DNA of 64,000 nt from an uncultured Eubacteriales bacterium (GTDB lineage Bacteria > Actinomycetota > Coriobacteriia > Anaerosomatales > JAAXUF01), in NCBI GenBank assembly GCA_964644675.1, contig CAZXWK010000006.1, forward strand, positions 16,341 to 80,340. Direction: 5' to 3'. This document shows, piece by piece, positions 36,301 to 45,863 of this stretch. The position numbers were made by a program, and so were the translations under genes. Within the stretch, counting starts at the first letter, position 1; each line of letters begins with the position of its first letter. The notes beneath the pieces are model-generated. The model was not told the origin of the DNA, searched no databases, and worked only from the letters and a program-made list of their open reading frames with translations.

Positions 36301-37084
36301 CGTCATGGGCATGAAGGTCGCGTTCGGCAACCGCAAGCTCATGGCGCGCGAGAACATCGATATCTCGGCCTGGGAAGAGCGCATCAGCGCGCTCGAGGAC
36401 GAGGGCAAGACCGTCATGCTCGTCGGCGTCAACGGCGCCAAGCTCGCGGGCATGGTCGCCGTCGCCGACACGCTCAAGCCCAACTCCGCCGAGGCCGTCA
36501 GTCGTCTCACCGCGATGGGCGTCAAGGTATTCATGATCACCGGCGACAACGCCCGCACCGCTCGCGCCATCGCGTCCGAGGCCGGCATCACCCCCGACCA
36601 GGTCCTCGCCGAGGTCCTGCCGGAGCACAAGGCCGAAGAGGTCGCGAAGCTCCAGGCGCAGGGGTTGACCGTAGCCATGGTCGGAGACGGCATCAACGAC
36701 ACGCCCGCGCTCGCGCAAGCCGACGTCGGCATCGCGATGGGCGCCGGCACCGACGTCGCGATGGAGACCGGCGGTATCGTGCTCATCAAGAACGACCTGC
36801 GCGACGTGGTGACCGCCATCGAGCTGTCCCGCGCGACCATGCGCAAGATCCGCCAGAACTTCTTCTGGGCGCTCGGCTACAACACCGTGCTGATGCCGGT
36901 GGCCGCGGTCGGCCTGCTCTCGCCGTTCCCGTGGGTCGCCGGTGCCGCCATGGCGTTCTCGAGCGTCTCGGTGGTCACCAACTCGCTGCTCCTGCGGCTC
37001 TTCAAGCCCAGCCTCAGGACCGCCGAGAAGACCACGCCCCCGACAGACACCCCTCCCGCGGTGGCCGAGCCGGCCGCCGCCTGA
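33314..37084 (+). CDS. copA: P1B-1 copper-translocating ATPase with four HMA domains
   Basis: HMA motifs GMRCHSC, GMHCGAC, GMTCASC twice; [50 protein letters not shown]. Confidence 0.95.
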   Translation: MHTNPDTVVVRLRVDGMRCHSCERKLTAWLSDIEGVESVDASYAESRVTIYALEGVQFEDMIKAIMRAGFLPGAPSVIEDPDAEAAVELPIQAEKSDEAVAQALRDAIASVEASGYPVGDREQQSLFDENDVEITVPEPIAAPGTEIAGGFVEPEVVLGPVAAVEAAEAAAPAEPEPAPAEPVLVIEPEPEPEPEPEPEPEATTPASEAPARYRRLKLSSVGMHCGACEKLVTMHAKQIDGVVAAEGDAEAQTLTVYLDREVSTDDLAGAILAAGFTPGTPLVLGVAVVSELPGATPAEAAPAPSAAPAVVEAAPAAVAVASTVAAAPAAPTPEPAAPVTSACPVLPPEPEPAVAAASEPRDAYAAPVTQPLAVRDATFAVGGMTCASCSAIIEKTLGKTAGVESATVNLATEKLSVAYDPDVIDTDGIKATVDGLGYSAMLLGAPAVAAEVPGKVTLGLLGMTCASCAAVIEKTLTKLPGVKSATVNLAANSGTVEFDPNVIGIDELISAVRGAGYDAMVKVEQIPGASDTVDVQAEAQAKAYKHEVFMFWFAVAFSVPLFVIAMVPPFMDLVPLKVSEWLAATVGGAWDPMMVGKYLMFLLATPVQFYAGARFYKGAYHAIKRGSGNMDLLVAIGTSAAYFYSVAATFIPAVEMEPAFYETSALLITFVLLGKLLEARAKGKTSDAIKKLMGLAAKTARVVRGGEEIDIPVEQVIVGDLVVVRPGEKVPVDGVVIEGSSAIDESMLTGESLPVEKHEGDQVIGATINKLGSFTFRATKVGADTALAQIVRLVEEAQGSKAPVQRFADRISAVFVPFVIGASLLTFFFWAFAGPVIFGAQPDPSAVFPLFEPITMAAATNGWWIAALLAGIAVVVIACPCALGLATPTAIMVGTGRGAENGILIKSGDALETAYKISAIVFDKTGTLTHGKPEVTDIVLADGHDVDRVFKLAAALERNSEHPLAEAVVARAKADGIELPAVEGFSAVPGHGVEGTVMGMKVAFGNRKLMARENIDISAWEERISALEDEGKTVMLVGVNGAKLAGMVAVADTLKPNSAEAVSRLTAMGVKVFMITGDNARTARAIASEAGITPDQVLAEVLPEHKAEEVAKLQAQGLTVAMVGDGINDTPALAQADVGIAMGAGTDVAMETGGIVLIKNDLRDVVTAIELSRATMRKIRQNFFWALGYNTVLMPVAAVGLLSPFPWVAGAAMAFSSVSVVTNSLLLRLFKPSLRTAEKTTPPTDTPPAVAEPAAA
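33872..33916 (+). repeat. 6-nt tandem repeat GARCCC encoding (Glu-Pro)n in the CopA linker
   Basis: gagcccgagcccgaacccgagccc... translates as [15 protein letters not shown]. Confidence 0.9.
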
Positions 37085-37095
37085 AAGGACCGTCA

Positions 37096-37926
37096 ATGAA
37101 GCGCATCCTCCTCGCGAGCGTGATGCTCGCGCTTGCCGGGGCCGCCCTCGTGGCCACCGGTTGCACCACCTCCAAGCAGGCCGAGACCGACACCTCCAAG
37201 GTCTGGGGCTACGTCGCCTCGGCCGACAAGGCCCAACTCGAACTCGACGAGCAGCAAGACGGCGCGAAGTCCCTGGTCGTCAAGCGCGTACTCGCCCCGA
37301 GCGACGCGTGGGTCGTCGTCCACGCCGACATGAACGGCAAGCCGGGCATGCGCGTGGGCCTCGCCCACGTGAAGCGCGGCGAATCGCTCGACGTGAAGGT
37401 CCCGCTCAAGGACGTGACGACCCCCAAGGTCATCGTCGCCGTCCACGCCGACAAGGGCACCGCCGATAAGTTCGACTTCGACATGATGAACAAGGAGATG
37501 AGCCCGGACCGCCCGTTCTTCGTCGGCGGCTCGGAACTCGCCAAGGTGGCAACGGTCCGGCAGTACGGGATTGAGGCGGCTCCCGGCGAGGCGTCCCTGA
37601 CGGCGTCGGACCAGCCGGGCGCCACGAGCGAACTCGTTGTCGGCAACGTCCTGGCTCCGAGCGACGCGTGGGTCGTCGTGCACCTCGAGAAGGACGGTGC
37701 GCCCGGAAGCCGCGTGGGTCTGGTGCACGTCCGCGCGGGCGAGACGAGCAACGTGGTCGTCAAGCTCGATCCGCTCCCGCTGACCGACAACCTGCTCGTC
37801 GCGCTCCATGCCGACAAGGCCGACCCCGAGCTTTTCAACTTCGATATGGAAGACACCGTGAACAGCGCCGATCAGCCGTTCTTCATCGACGGCAAAGAGG
37901 TCGCGATCAAGGTTCCGGTGAAGTAG
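37096..37926 (+). CDS. Lipoprotein with two tandem DUF7282-like domains
   Basis: Lipobox-like LVATG|C; two copies of VLAPSDAWVVVH...PG.RVGL.HV..GE...V.V.L...HADK...F.FDM...D.PFF..G. RBS AAGGA before ATG 37096. Confidence 0.75.
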   Translation: MKRILLASVMLALAGAALVATGCTTSKQAETDTSKVWGYVASADKAQLELDEQQDGAKSLVVKRVLAPSDAWVVVHADMNGKPGMRVGLAHVKRGESLDVKVPLKDVTTPKVIVAVHADKGTADKFDFDMMNKEMSPDRPFFVGGSELAKVATVRQYGIEAAPGEASLTASDQPGATSELVVGNVLAPSDAWVVVHLEKDGAPGSRVGLVHVRAGETSNVVVKLDPLPLTDNLLVALHADKADPELFNFDMEDTVNSADQPFFIDGKEVAIKVPVK

Positions 37927-37927
37927 C

Positions 37928-38554
37928 GTGCGGCTTCTCGTCGTCGGCGCCGCAGGACGTACCGGCCGTCACGTCGTGACCCGAGCCCTCGGGCACGGGC
38001 ACGACGTGACGGCGCTCGTCCACAAGACCCCGCTGTCGCTCGAAGACGAGCACCTGACGGTCGTGCGCGGTGACGTGCGCGACCTCGATACCGTGCGTGC
38101 CGCCGTCGCCGGAAACAGCGGGGTCGCCTTCGCGCTCTCGCAGGGTTCCGGCGGCGGCGCGCACGTGCACGAGCAAGGCATCGCGAACGTCATCTACGCG
38201 ATGGCCGAGGACATGGCGACGCGCCTAGCGGTGGTGAGCGCGGCAGGCACCTTCGCCCGGACGGACCGCAACCTCTCGCTCGCGTATCGCGCGATGGTGG
38301 CGACCACGCTGCGACCGGTCTACGACGACCTCGAGGCGATGGAGCGCCGCATCATGGCGTCCGACCTCGACTGGACGATCGTCCGCCCGGTCGGGCTCAC
38401 CGACGACCCTCCGAGCGGGCACTACCGCGTGTCGCTCGACGGCTCGCTGCTGCCCAAGTCGACACGCATCCCGCGCGCCGACGTCGCCTCGGTGCTGGTC
38501 AAGGCGCTCGAGACCGACACGTACTGGCGCAGAACCGTCGTCATCGGCGGCTGA
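37928..38554 (+). CDS. NAD(P)H-binding atypical SDR (flavin reductase/BVR-B-like)
   Basis: VVGAAGRTG, GDVRD, LDWTIVRPVGLTD, IPRADVA. Confidence 0.88.
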   Translation: MRLLVVGAAGRTGRHVVTRALGHGHDVTALVHKTPLSLEDEHLTVVRGDVRDLDTVRAAVAGNSGVAFALSQGSGGGAHVHEQGIANVIYAMAEDMATRLAVVSAAGTFARTDRNLSLAYRAMVATTLRPVYDDLEAMERRIMASDLDWTIVRPVGLTDDPPSGHYRVSLDGSLLPKSTRIPRADVASVLVKALETDTYWRRTVVIGG

Positions 38555-38631
38555 CCGCACCCGACCTTCCGACCGCGAGCCCTCGGGCTCCAGCGTGCCC
38601 GGCTCAGCCGTTCGCGGCTGCGCTCCCGACG

Positions 38632-39585
38632 TCAGACGACCGGTTCCGCCGGGGGCTCCTCGGCGGTGTCGGGGATGCGGACGGCGACCAGGCTGGCCTG
38701 CTCGCGCAGCGCGCTCAGCACCGCGGAGATACCCGGCGTGCCGCGGCTTCCCCTGCGGATGCTTGCCCAGATCGTCCGGTCGAGCTGCAGGTCGGAGACG
38801 GTGGTGAACTCGACGTTCGGGTACGTGCCGATAAGCGCGAGCGGCGGGACGAGTGCGACGCCCAGCCCTTGGCCGACGGCGGCGAGGATGACCTGGAAGT
38901 CCATCGAGTGGAAATCCGTCTGCGGTTCGTACCCCGCCCGACGGGTCGCCGCGACGACCAGGTCCAGCATCGAGGTCGAGTCTCGGCCCACGATCCACTC
39001 TTCCTCGGTGAGGTCGGCGAGCCGCACCGGCCCCGCGCCGGCCAGCCGGTGGGCCGCCGGCAGCGCCAGGTAGACCGGTTCCGAGAACAGCTCCTCGCGC
39101 TCGAGCCCGCGGTCCTGCAGGCGGGGGAGGAGGTCCCACTCGTACGCGACCACGACGTCGAGGTCGCGCGCCTTGAGCGCGGGCACCGATTCCTCGGGCT
39201 CCAGGTCCACCATGGAGACCCGCAGGTTCGGGTAGGCGTCCCGGAGCTTCGACAGAACGGGGATGAGGAGCGCCCGCGCCGCGGTGGGGAAGGCGGACAC
39301 GCGCACGTGTCCGACGACGCCGCGAGACGCCGCGGCGAGGTCGGCCTCGGCCCGCTCGATGTCGGCGAGGATCAGCTCGGTGTTGGCGACGAGCCGTGCG
39401 CCCGCGTCGGTGAGACGGACGCCTCGGCCCTGCCGCTCGAGAAGCGGCGTACCCGCCTCGCGCTCGAGGACCGCCATCTGCTGGGAGACGGCCGACGGTG
39501 TCATGAAGAGCGCCTCGGCGGCGGCGGCGATGGTGCCACGCGCGGCGACTTCACGGAGCATGCGGAGCCGGTTCACGTTCAACAT
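38632..39585 (-). CDS. LysR family transcriptional regulator
   Basis: AAAEALFMTPSAVSQQMAVLE...LLERQGRGVRLTDAG; VRVSAFPT. Confidence 0.95.
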   Translation of the reverse strand: MLNVNRLRMLREVAARGTIAAAAEALFMTPSAVSQQMAVLEREAGTPLLERQGRGVRLTDAGARLVANTELILADIERAEADLAAASRGVVGHVRVSAFPTAARALLIPVLSKLRDAYPNLRVSMVDLEPEESVPALKARDLDVVVAYEWDLLPRLQDRGLEREELFSEPVYLALPAAHRLAGAGPVRLADLTEEEWIVGRDSTSMLDLVVAATRRAGYEPQTDFHSMDFQVILAAVGQGLGVALVPPLALIGTYPNVEFTTVSDLQLDRTIWASIRRGSRGTPGISAVLSALREQASLVAVRIPDTAEEPPAEPVV

Positions 39586-39710
39586 GATGTAGACGAGCTT
39601 ACGCTATGCATTAGATAGGGACAATTGTTCTACTGCATGAACGGCCCGATGATAGCTGTAGAACCACCGCGGTCGACAAACGGAGTCACCGCTTGAAGGA
39701 GGCGTTGAAC

Positions 39711-39809
39711 ATGCATGACAACTTCAGCGAAGGCGGAGTCTTCTACGGTCGCACGGCACTCGCCATCATCGGCGTGATCGCCATGTCGGTGCTGCTCCAC
39801 CTGCTCTAG
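39711..39809 (+). CDS. Unannotated 32-aa single-TM peptide MHDNFSEGGVFYGRTALAIIGVIAMSVLLHLL
   Basis: AAGGAGG 8 nt before ATG, hydrophobic C-terminal half, own terminator, divergent from LysR. Confidence 0.7.
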   Translation: MHDNFSEGGVFYGRTALAIIGVIAMSVLLHLL

Positions 39810-39864
39810 TACCTCTCGTCCCCCTTGCGTCCGGTGCGGTCATCCCCCCGCATCGACGTCCCCG

Positions 39865-39895
39865 AAAGCGCCCCGCTCCCCGCGGGGCGCTTTTT
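39865..39895 (+). terminator. Intrinsic terminator
   Basis: AAAGCGCCCCGC-TCCCC-GCGGGGCGCTTT followed by more T. Confidence 0.85.
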
Positions 39896-40027
39896 CGTCC
39901 TCTGCGGGAGAGCCCGGTCCACGCGACAGGTAACACTCCACCATGCTAGAGTGGTAGAGCGCACCGCCGCGCTGTCGAGCGCACGCGCGCTGCGCGGAAT
40001 CGAATCATCGGACGTCTCGGAGGAACC

Positions 40028-40900
40028 ATGCTCAGGATCGCACTGCCCAAGGGATCGCTCGAGGAGCAGACGATGCTCCTCTTCTCGCAGGCCGACCTCG
40101 AGGTGAAGAAGTCGAGTCGCGAGTACAACCCGACCATCGCCGATCCGCGCATCTGCAAGGTCAAGATCCTCCGTCCGCAGGAGATCCCGCTGTTCGTCGA
40201 GGCGGGCGACTTCGACCTGGGCATCTCGGGATACGACTGGGTCACCGAGTCGGGCGCCGACGTCGTCGAGGTCGCCGAGCTGCCCTACGCAAAGACCGGC
40301 ACCGGTGTCGTGAACATGGTGCTCGCCGTCCCGGACGAGTCGCCGGTGTCCTCGGCGAAGGACATCCGGCCGGGCAGCCGCATCACCACCGAGTTCCCCA
40401 ACGTCACCAAGGCGTACTTCGAGGAGCTGGGCATTCCGGTCGAGGTGCACTTCAGCTACGGCGCGACCGAGGCCAAGGTCCCGGACATGATGGACGCGCT
40501 CGTGGACCTCACCGAGACCGGCTCGACGCTGCGGCGCAACGGGCTGAAGATCGTCGACACCGTGCTCACCTCCACGACCCGGCTGCTCGCGAACAAGGAC
40601 GCCTGGGAGGATGCCGAGAAGCGCCGCGAGATCGAGGAGATACGGACGCTGCTGCTGGGCGTCATCGAGGCGCGCGGCCGCGTGCTGCTGTCGATGAACG
40701 TCCCCGAGGCCAAGCTCGACGCCGTCATCGCCCAGCTCCCCTCGATGAAGCACCCCACGGTCTCAACGCTCTACGGGTCGACCGACCTCGAGGTCACGAC
40801 CGTCGCCGACAAGGCCGGCGTCAACATCCTCATCCCGCGCCTGAAGGCCGCGGGAGCCGAGGACATCCTCGAGATCCCCATCAGCAAGATCGTGAAGTAG
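40028..40900 (+). CDS. hisG: ATP phosphoribosyltransferase, long form
   Basis: IALPKGSL, RPQEIP, DLGISGYD, TEFPN, SYGATE, ETGSTLRRNGL, C-terminal regulatory domain. Confidence 0.96.
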   Translation: MLRIALPKGSLEEQTMLLFSQADLEVKKSSREYNPTIADPRICKVKILRPQEIPLFVEAGDFDLGISGYDWVTESGADVVEVAELPYAKTGTGVVNMVLAVPDESPVSSAKDIRPGSRITTEFPNVTKAYFEELGIPVEVHFSYGATEAKVPDMMDALVDLTETGSTLRRNGLKIVDTVLTSTTRLLANKDAWEDAEKRREIEEIRTLLLGVIEARGRVLLSMNVPEAKLDAVIAQLPSMKHPTVSTLYGSTDLEVTTVADKAGVNILIPRLKAAGAEDILEIPISKIVK

Positions 40901-41093
40901 CGGCCCGCGATCCTCGGCGGGCGTCGCGGCGACGTGAAGGCGGGTTCGGCGCGGGCCACTCGTCACGTCAGCGTTACGCCCGTGAACGTGCGGGTACACG
41001 CTATGGGAAGCCGAGGGCATGCGGGTCATCCCAGGCGCCGTAGGCACCGATCAGCGTTTTGACAGACCGCACCGAGCAAGGGAGGTGTGCGGG

Positions 41094-41864
41094 ATGCCGA
41101 GCGTAGAGCCGGTCGCGGCGCGACAGCCAGGCGAGGATGAGGCGGACGACCGCCTCATCGTCATGCGCGACGTTCGTCGCATCTACCGTATGGGCGAGGT
41201 CGAGGTCGAGGCGCTTCACGTCGACGAGCTCGTCATCCGCCGAGGCGAGTTCGTCGCCATCCTGGGCCCGTCGGGTTCGGGCAAGACGACGCTCCTGAAC
41301 CTGCTCGGCGGGATCGACGCGGCCACGACCGGGACGATCACCTTCGCCGAGCACGACATCTCGCGCCTCAACCGCCGTGAGCTCACGCTGTTCCGGCGCG
41401 AGCACATCGGCTTCGTCTTCCAGTTCTTCAACCTGATCCCCACGCTCACCGCCGAGGAGAACGTCCGGTTCGCCCTCGACCTGGCGTGGCGGGACGGCAG
41501 TGGCCCGGACCTCGACCCGGCCGAGCTGCTCGCGAAGGTCGGCCTCGCGGAGCGCAGAGAGCACTTCCCGGCGCAACTGTCGGGCGGTGAGCAGCAGCGC
41601 GTCGCCGTGGCCCGTGCGCTCGCGAAGGCGCCGGAGCTCATCTTGGGCGACGAGCCGACCGGCAACCTCGACTTCCGCACGGGCAAGCTCGTGCTCAAGG
41701 TGCTGCGCGAAGTGAACCGCGACGCCGGAGCGGCGGTCGTGCTCGTCACGCACAACCAGCCGCTTGCCGCGATCGCCGACCGGGTCCTGCAACTCCGCGA
41801 CGGACACATCGTCTCCGAGCAAATCAACGAGCACCCGGTCGATCCGGAGGACGTGAGCTGGTGA
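41094..41864 (+). CDS. ABC transporter ATP-binding protein (LolD/MacB type)
   Basis: GPSGSGKTT, IGFVFQFFNL, LSGGEQQRVA, DEPTGNLD. GGAGGT before ATG 41094. Confidence 0.92.
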   Translation: MPSVEPVAARQPGEDEADDRLIVMRDVRRIYRMGEVEVEALHVDELVIRRGEFVAILGPSGSGKTTLLNLLGGIDAATTGTITFAEHDISRLNRRELTLFRREHIGFVFQFFNLIPTLTAEENVRFALDLAWRDGSGPDLDPAELLAKVGLAERREHFPAQLSGGEQQRVAVARALAKAPELILGDEPTGNLDFRTGKLVLKVLREVNRDAGAAVVLVTHNQPLAAIADRVLQLRDGHIVSEQINEHPVDPEDVSW

Positions 41865-44251
41865 AACGGCGCCGGGGCATCAGCATGCTGACCCTCAAGG
41901 CCTGGCGCGACATGAAGGCCCACAAGGGGCAGTTCATCTCGCTCGTCGTCCTCATCGCGATAGGGATCACGAGCTACGTCACGTTCCAGAACGGCTACTA
42001 CAACCTGAAGGCATCGCTCGACCACGCGTATTCGACGCTGCGCCTCGCGGACTTCACCGTGCGCGTCGACCGCGTTCCACTCGCGGCGGCGCGCGCGGTG
42101 GAGCGTGTGCCCGGAGTGGAGCGCGCGATCGTGCGGACCGTCAACGATGTGGGCATCGAGCGGGGCAACGGCGAGCAGGCGACGGCCCGCGTGATCAGCT
42201 CGGCGGGTCCCTCGGCCAAGATTGACGCCGTCCACCTCGAGGAGGGCCGCTACCCTGCGCCGGGCGCGCGCGATGAGGTCGCGCTGAGCACGCAGTTCGC
42301 GCGGGACACGGCCACGCGGCCTGGCGACGAGATCACGCTCCTGATCGGCGGCCACCGAGTACCCGTGCGCGTGGTCGGCATCGGCGTGGACCCGGAGAAC
42401 ATGTACGCGATGCAGAGCGAGGGCACCCTGCCCGCGCCCGGCACCTTCGCGCTCGTCTACACCTCCGAGAAGGGCATCGAGTACCTGTTCGGCACGTCGC
42501 ACTCCGGTAACGACGTGGCTGTCGTCGCGAAGCCCGGCGTCGCCGTCGAGGCGCTCTCCGAGGAGGTGGAGGACGAGCTGCGCCCGTATGGGTTGGACTC
42601 GACCATCCTTCGCGACGACATGCCGAGCTACGCCGGGCTCGAGTCCGAGCTCGAGCAGAACCGTCTGATGGCCCGCTCCATGCCCGCGCTCGTGCTCGCC
42701 ATCAGCGCGATGTCGCTCTTCATCGCGCTCTCGCGACTGGTTCAGGCGCAGCGCGGCGAGATCGGTCTCGCAAAAGCGCTCGGCTACAGCGACCGGCGGA
42801 TCCTGGGTCACTACCTGACGATCGCACTGATCGTCGCCGTCTCGGGCTCGGTCATCGGGTTGGCCCTGGGCGTCTGGGGGGCGCAAGGTGTCGCCGCCAT
42901 GTACGTGTCGATGTTGGGGCTGCCGTTCCTGACCGGCGGCTTCTACCCCGACGTTGCGGCCATCGCCGTGGCCCTTGCCGTGGTGGCATGCCTGCTTGCG
43001 GCGGCTGTGCCCGCGTGGCGCTCCGCTCGGCTGGCACCGGCGATGGCGATGCACTCCGACCCCAACGTCTCGCTCACCGGTGGCCACATCCCGGTCGTGG
43101 AACGCGTGTTGCGCCCGATCCTGCCACGTTCGTTCACCTTCCGGGTTCCGCTGCGCAACGTCTTCCGGGCGAAGCGCCGCACCGTGTACACGATCCTCGG
43201 CATCGCCTTCGCCATGGTGCTCTCGGTGGCGACCGTGGCGATGTTCGACTCGATCGACTACATCATGAACAGGGCGTTCACCGGCATCGAGCGCTGGGAC
43301 ATCATGGCCGTCTTCGACCAGCCGTTCGGCACGGCTCGCATGGCCGAGGTGCGCGACATGAGCGGCGTTCAGCGGGTCCAAGTGGCGCTCATGCTGCCGG
43401 TGACGATCTCGGCCAACGGTGCCGAGGAGGACGTGGTCGTGACCGCCACGAACCCGGACGCTGACTTCCACGGGTTCGAGCCGGTCGGCGGGCCTCCGCC
43501 TTCCGACAGTCTGGCCGACGGCGATCTGGTTCTCTCGGCATCGACGGCCCGTACCCTCCGGGTGGTGCCGGGCGACAGCGTGTCTGTGGATTCGCCGCTC
43601 GTCGACGATCCCGTGATGATGCGCGTGGGAACGCTGTCCGACGAGATGCTCGGCCAGCCGGTGTTCGTGTCGCTCGAGGCCGCCTCGAGGCTGACGGGAA
43701 GCGCGGTGACCGCGTTCAACGTGCTCTACATCGACGCCGATCCCGCGCGCGCCAACCGGATCAGGCAGGACATCTACGACCTGCCGGGGGCGTCGGCCGT
43801 TCAGGTCAAGGCGAGCTACGTGGAGCAGCTCAAGAAGTGGCTGCAGCTCTTCGACTTCTTCGGCGTGGTGCTGCTTGGCTTTGGGGCCGCACTTGCGTTC
43901 GTGGTCGTGTTCACGACGTTCACCGCCAACGTCACCGAGCGAACGCGCGAGATAGCGACGATGCGGACGATCGGCGAGGACAACGTGCGCCTCACGGTCA
44001 TGATCACGCTCGAGAATCTCGCCATCGCGCTCGCGGCCGTCCCCTTGGGGATCTGGCTGGGCGTCCAGGCCGCCAACGCCCTGTTCGCCTACTTCGACGT
44101 CGAGGGATTCGAGCTCAGGGCACACATCTACCCCAGCAGCATCGCCCAGATCTGCGTGCTCATGCTGATCGTGTTGTTGCTCTCCGAGATACCGCCGGTG
44201 CGCAGGATCTTCCGCCTCGACCTCGCCGAAGCCACCAAGGTCATGGAGTAG
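41861..44251 (+). CDS. FtsX/MacB-like ABC permease (duplicated architecture)
   Basis: Two extracytoplasmic plus TM halves; QRGEIGLAKALGY and ERTREIATMRTIG. Confidence 0.9.
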   Translation: MKRRRGISMLTLKAWRDMKAHKGQFISLVVLIAIGITSYVTFQNGYYNLKASLDHAYSTLRLADFTVRVDRVPLAAARAVERVPGVERAIVRTVNDVGIERGNGEQATARVISSAGPSAKIDAVHLEEGRYPAPGARDEVALSTQFARDTATRPGDEITLLIGGHRVPVRVVGIGVDPENMYAMQSEGTLPAPGTFALVYTSEKGIEYLFGTSHSGNDVAVVAKPGVAVEALSEEVEDELRPYGLDSTILRDDMPSYAGLESELEQNRLMARSMPALVLAISAMSLFIALSRLVQAQRGEIGLAKALGYSDRRILGHYLTIALIVAVSGSVIGLALGVWGAQGVAAMYVSMLGLPFLTGGFYPDVAAIAVALAVVACLLAAAVPAWRSARLAPAMAMHSDPNVSLTGGHIPVVERVLRPILPRSFTFRVPLRNVFRAKRRTVYTILGIAFAMVLSVATVAMFDSIDYIMNRAFTGIERWDIMAVFDQPFGTARMAEVRDMSGVQRVQVALMLPVTISANGAEEDVVVTATNPDADFHGFEPVGGPPPSDSLADGDLVLSASTARTLRVVPGDSVSVDSPLVDDPVMMRVGTLSDEMLGQPVFVSLEAASRLTGSAVTAFNVLYIDADPARANRIRQDIYDLPGASAVQVKASYVEQLKKWLQLFDFFGVVLLGFGAALAFVVVFTTFTANVTERTREIATMRTIGEDNVRLTVMITLENLAIALAAVPLGIWLGVQAANALFAYFDVEGFELRAHIYPSSIAQICVLMLIVLLLSEIPPVRRIFRLDLAEATKVME

Positions 44252-44324
44252 CCGGGCCCGCTCGACGCCGCCGTCATCTGCCGCTCTGGCCTGTGTCACA
44301 CTGTCTCGTGAGAAGGGGGGTCTC

Positions 44325-45041
44325 ATGCCGCGTGCGGGTTGGTGCCGGGAGTGCCGAGAGTGGGTCTGGGTCGACGCTGAAGGCGCGTGCCCGAACGGCC
44401 ATGACGCCGAGTGCGTGTCGCACCACTACGAGGCGGACCCCCGCGCCGCGGAGCCCGTCGACGCGTTCGGCCGGGGCGAGATGCCGCCAGAGGTCCAGCG
44501 GTTCAACTGGGGTGCGTTCCTGGTGCCGGTCCTGTGGGGTGTCGGCTATCGGGTCTGGCACCTCGTCGCGATCTGGGCGTTCGCGCTGCTCGTTCCGCTC
44601 ACGCTGAGTTCGCTCGTGCTGGCGGCTTCGTCGGGCTCGGGCTCCCCGTCCGTCTCGGCGGTCATCGGCGTGACGGTGATCTCGGACGCCTTGGTCGCCT
44701 ACATCCGCCTGTGGGCGGGAGCGAACGCGAACCGGCTCTTCTGGCAGCGCGAGCACGCGCGGCTCGAAGCCGACGCGACCGCGCGCCCGCGCGTGACCAT
44801 ACCCGTCTTCTTGCTGCGCCAGCGCGCATGGGTGGTGTGGGGCCTTATCGGCGCGGCGCTGGCGCTCGCGGTCTCGTATCCGGCCGCGGTCCAGGCATGG
44901 AAGCCGTACGGGCTCGAGTCGGCGGCGCTGCTCGAGCCGGTTGCGTTCCTGGTCGGGCAGATCGTCATCGCCTTGTGGCTCGCACGGCAGATGCGGCTGG
45001 ACAACCCGGGGGCGACCGCAGCGCGGGACGGGGCGACCTGA
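44325..45041 (+). CDS. Membrane protein with N-terminal Cys/His zinc-ribbon-like motif
   Basis: WCRECREWVWVDAEGACPNGH, FNWGAFLVPVLWG, 4-5 TM segments. Confidence 0.7.
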   Translation: MPRAGWCRECREWVWVDAEGACPNGHDAECVSHHYEADPRAAEPVDAFGRGEMPPEVQRFNWGAFLVPVLWGVGYRVWHLVAIWAFALLVPLTLSSLVLAASSGSGSPSVSAVIGVTVISDALVAYIRLWAGANANRLFWQREHARLEADATARPRVTIPVFLLRQRAWVVWGLIGAALALAVSYPAAVQAWKPYGLESAALLEPVAFLVGQIVIALWLARQMRLDNPGATAARDGAT

Positions 45042-45758
45042 GTGAGCGTATTCGTCCGAGACCTGCTCACGCTTACCTTCGTCGCCCTCATGGCGCTCAT
45101 CGCGAACTCCAGTGCGTTCGTCTGGGGTCCCAACATGGTCTACCTCATCCAGCCCAAGCGCCCCATCGCGCAGTCGATCGCCTACACGGTCGGTCGTGGA
45201 GTCGTGCTCACGGTCGCGAGCGGCGTCATCGTCTGGGCGCTCATCGTCATGAACGCCAATGCCGATCAGCTCGCGGACGAGATCAGGCAGATGGCCAATC
45301 GCTCTCATCCCTGGATGAACGTCGTGATCGGTCTCGCGGTGGTATTCGTCGCGTACCGTCTGTGGAAACGTCCGCCCTCGATGCTCTCCGATCGTGGGCT
45401 CGAAGTCGCCACGGACAGGGAGGCCCGCATCTGGCCGGCGTTCGCCCTTGGGATCACGATCATGTTCGCGAACCTGCTCGAGTTCGTGTGGCAGATACTC
45501 ACTCTGGGCGGTGCGGCCACGGCATCGCGCAACAGCCTCCTGGTCGTCGGTCTTGCGGCGCTGCTGTGGACGGTGCTGGGGACCGCGACGCTGTGGGCCC
45601 CGATCCTGCTACGGATCTTCGTGCCGCAGTGGTCGACCGAGCGTTTCACCGCACTCACCACACGCATGCCCACGGTCAAGCCGTGGGCGGTCGCGCTCCC
45701 GGTCGCGCTCATCGGCGTCGCGCTGACCGTCGCCGGGGCGTTCGGCCTCCTGGGCTGA
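45042..45758 (+). CDS. Multi-pass membrane protein, possibly GAP/LysE-superfamily translocator
   Basis: About six hydrophobic segments. Family call is from overall pattern only. Confidence 0.55.
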   Translation: MSVFVRDLLTLTFVALMALIANSSAFVWGPNMVYLIQPKRPIAQSIAYTVGRGVVLTVASGVIVWALIVMNANADQLADEIRQMANRSHPWMNVVIGLAVVFVAYRLWKRPPSMLSDRGLEVATDREARIWPAFALGITIMFANLLEFVWQILTLGGAATASRNSLLVVGLAALLWTVLGTATLWAPILLRIFVPQWSTERFTALTTRMPTVKPWAVALPVALIGVALTVAGAFGLLG

Positions 45759-45766
45759 GACGCGAA

Positions 45767-45797
45767 GGCGCCCCCGCCGCGGGGCGACGGGGGCGCC
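45767..45797. terminator. GC-rich hairpin between convergent genes
   Basis: GGCGCCCCCG...CGGGGGCGCC, no clear U tract. Confidence 0.55.
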
Positions 45798-45863
45798 GGT
45801 TCGTACTCGCCGGACGAGCGCCGGCCGGCTCACCTGATCCGACCGTTGCAGGCGCCCGGGTTC

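Noticed and set aside
33131-37096. Very long antisense or alternative-frame ORFs (also 15147..18614, 41216..44326, 9255..11345, 6602..8401, 56301..58127)
   Set aside because: They shadow well-supported genes, are Arg/Gly/Ala-rich without motifs, and are expected in high-GC DNA.
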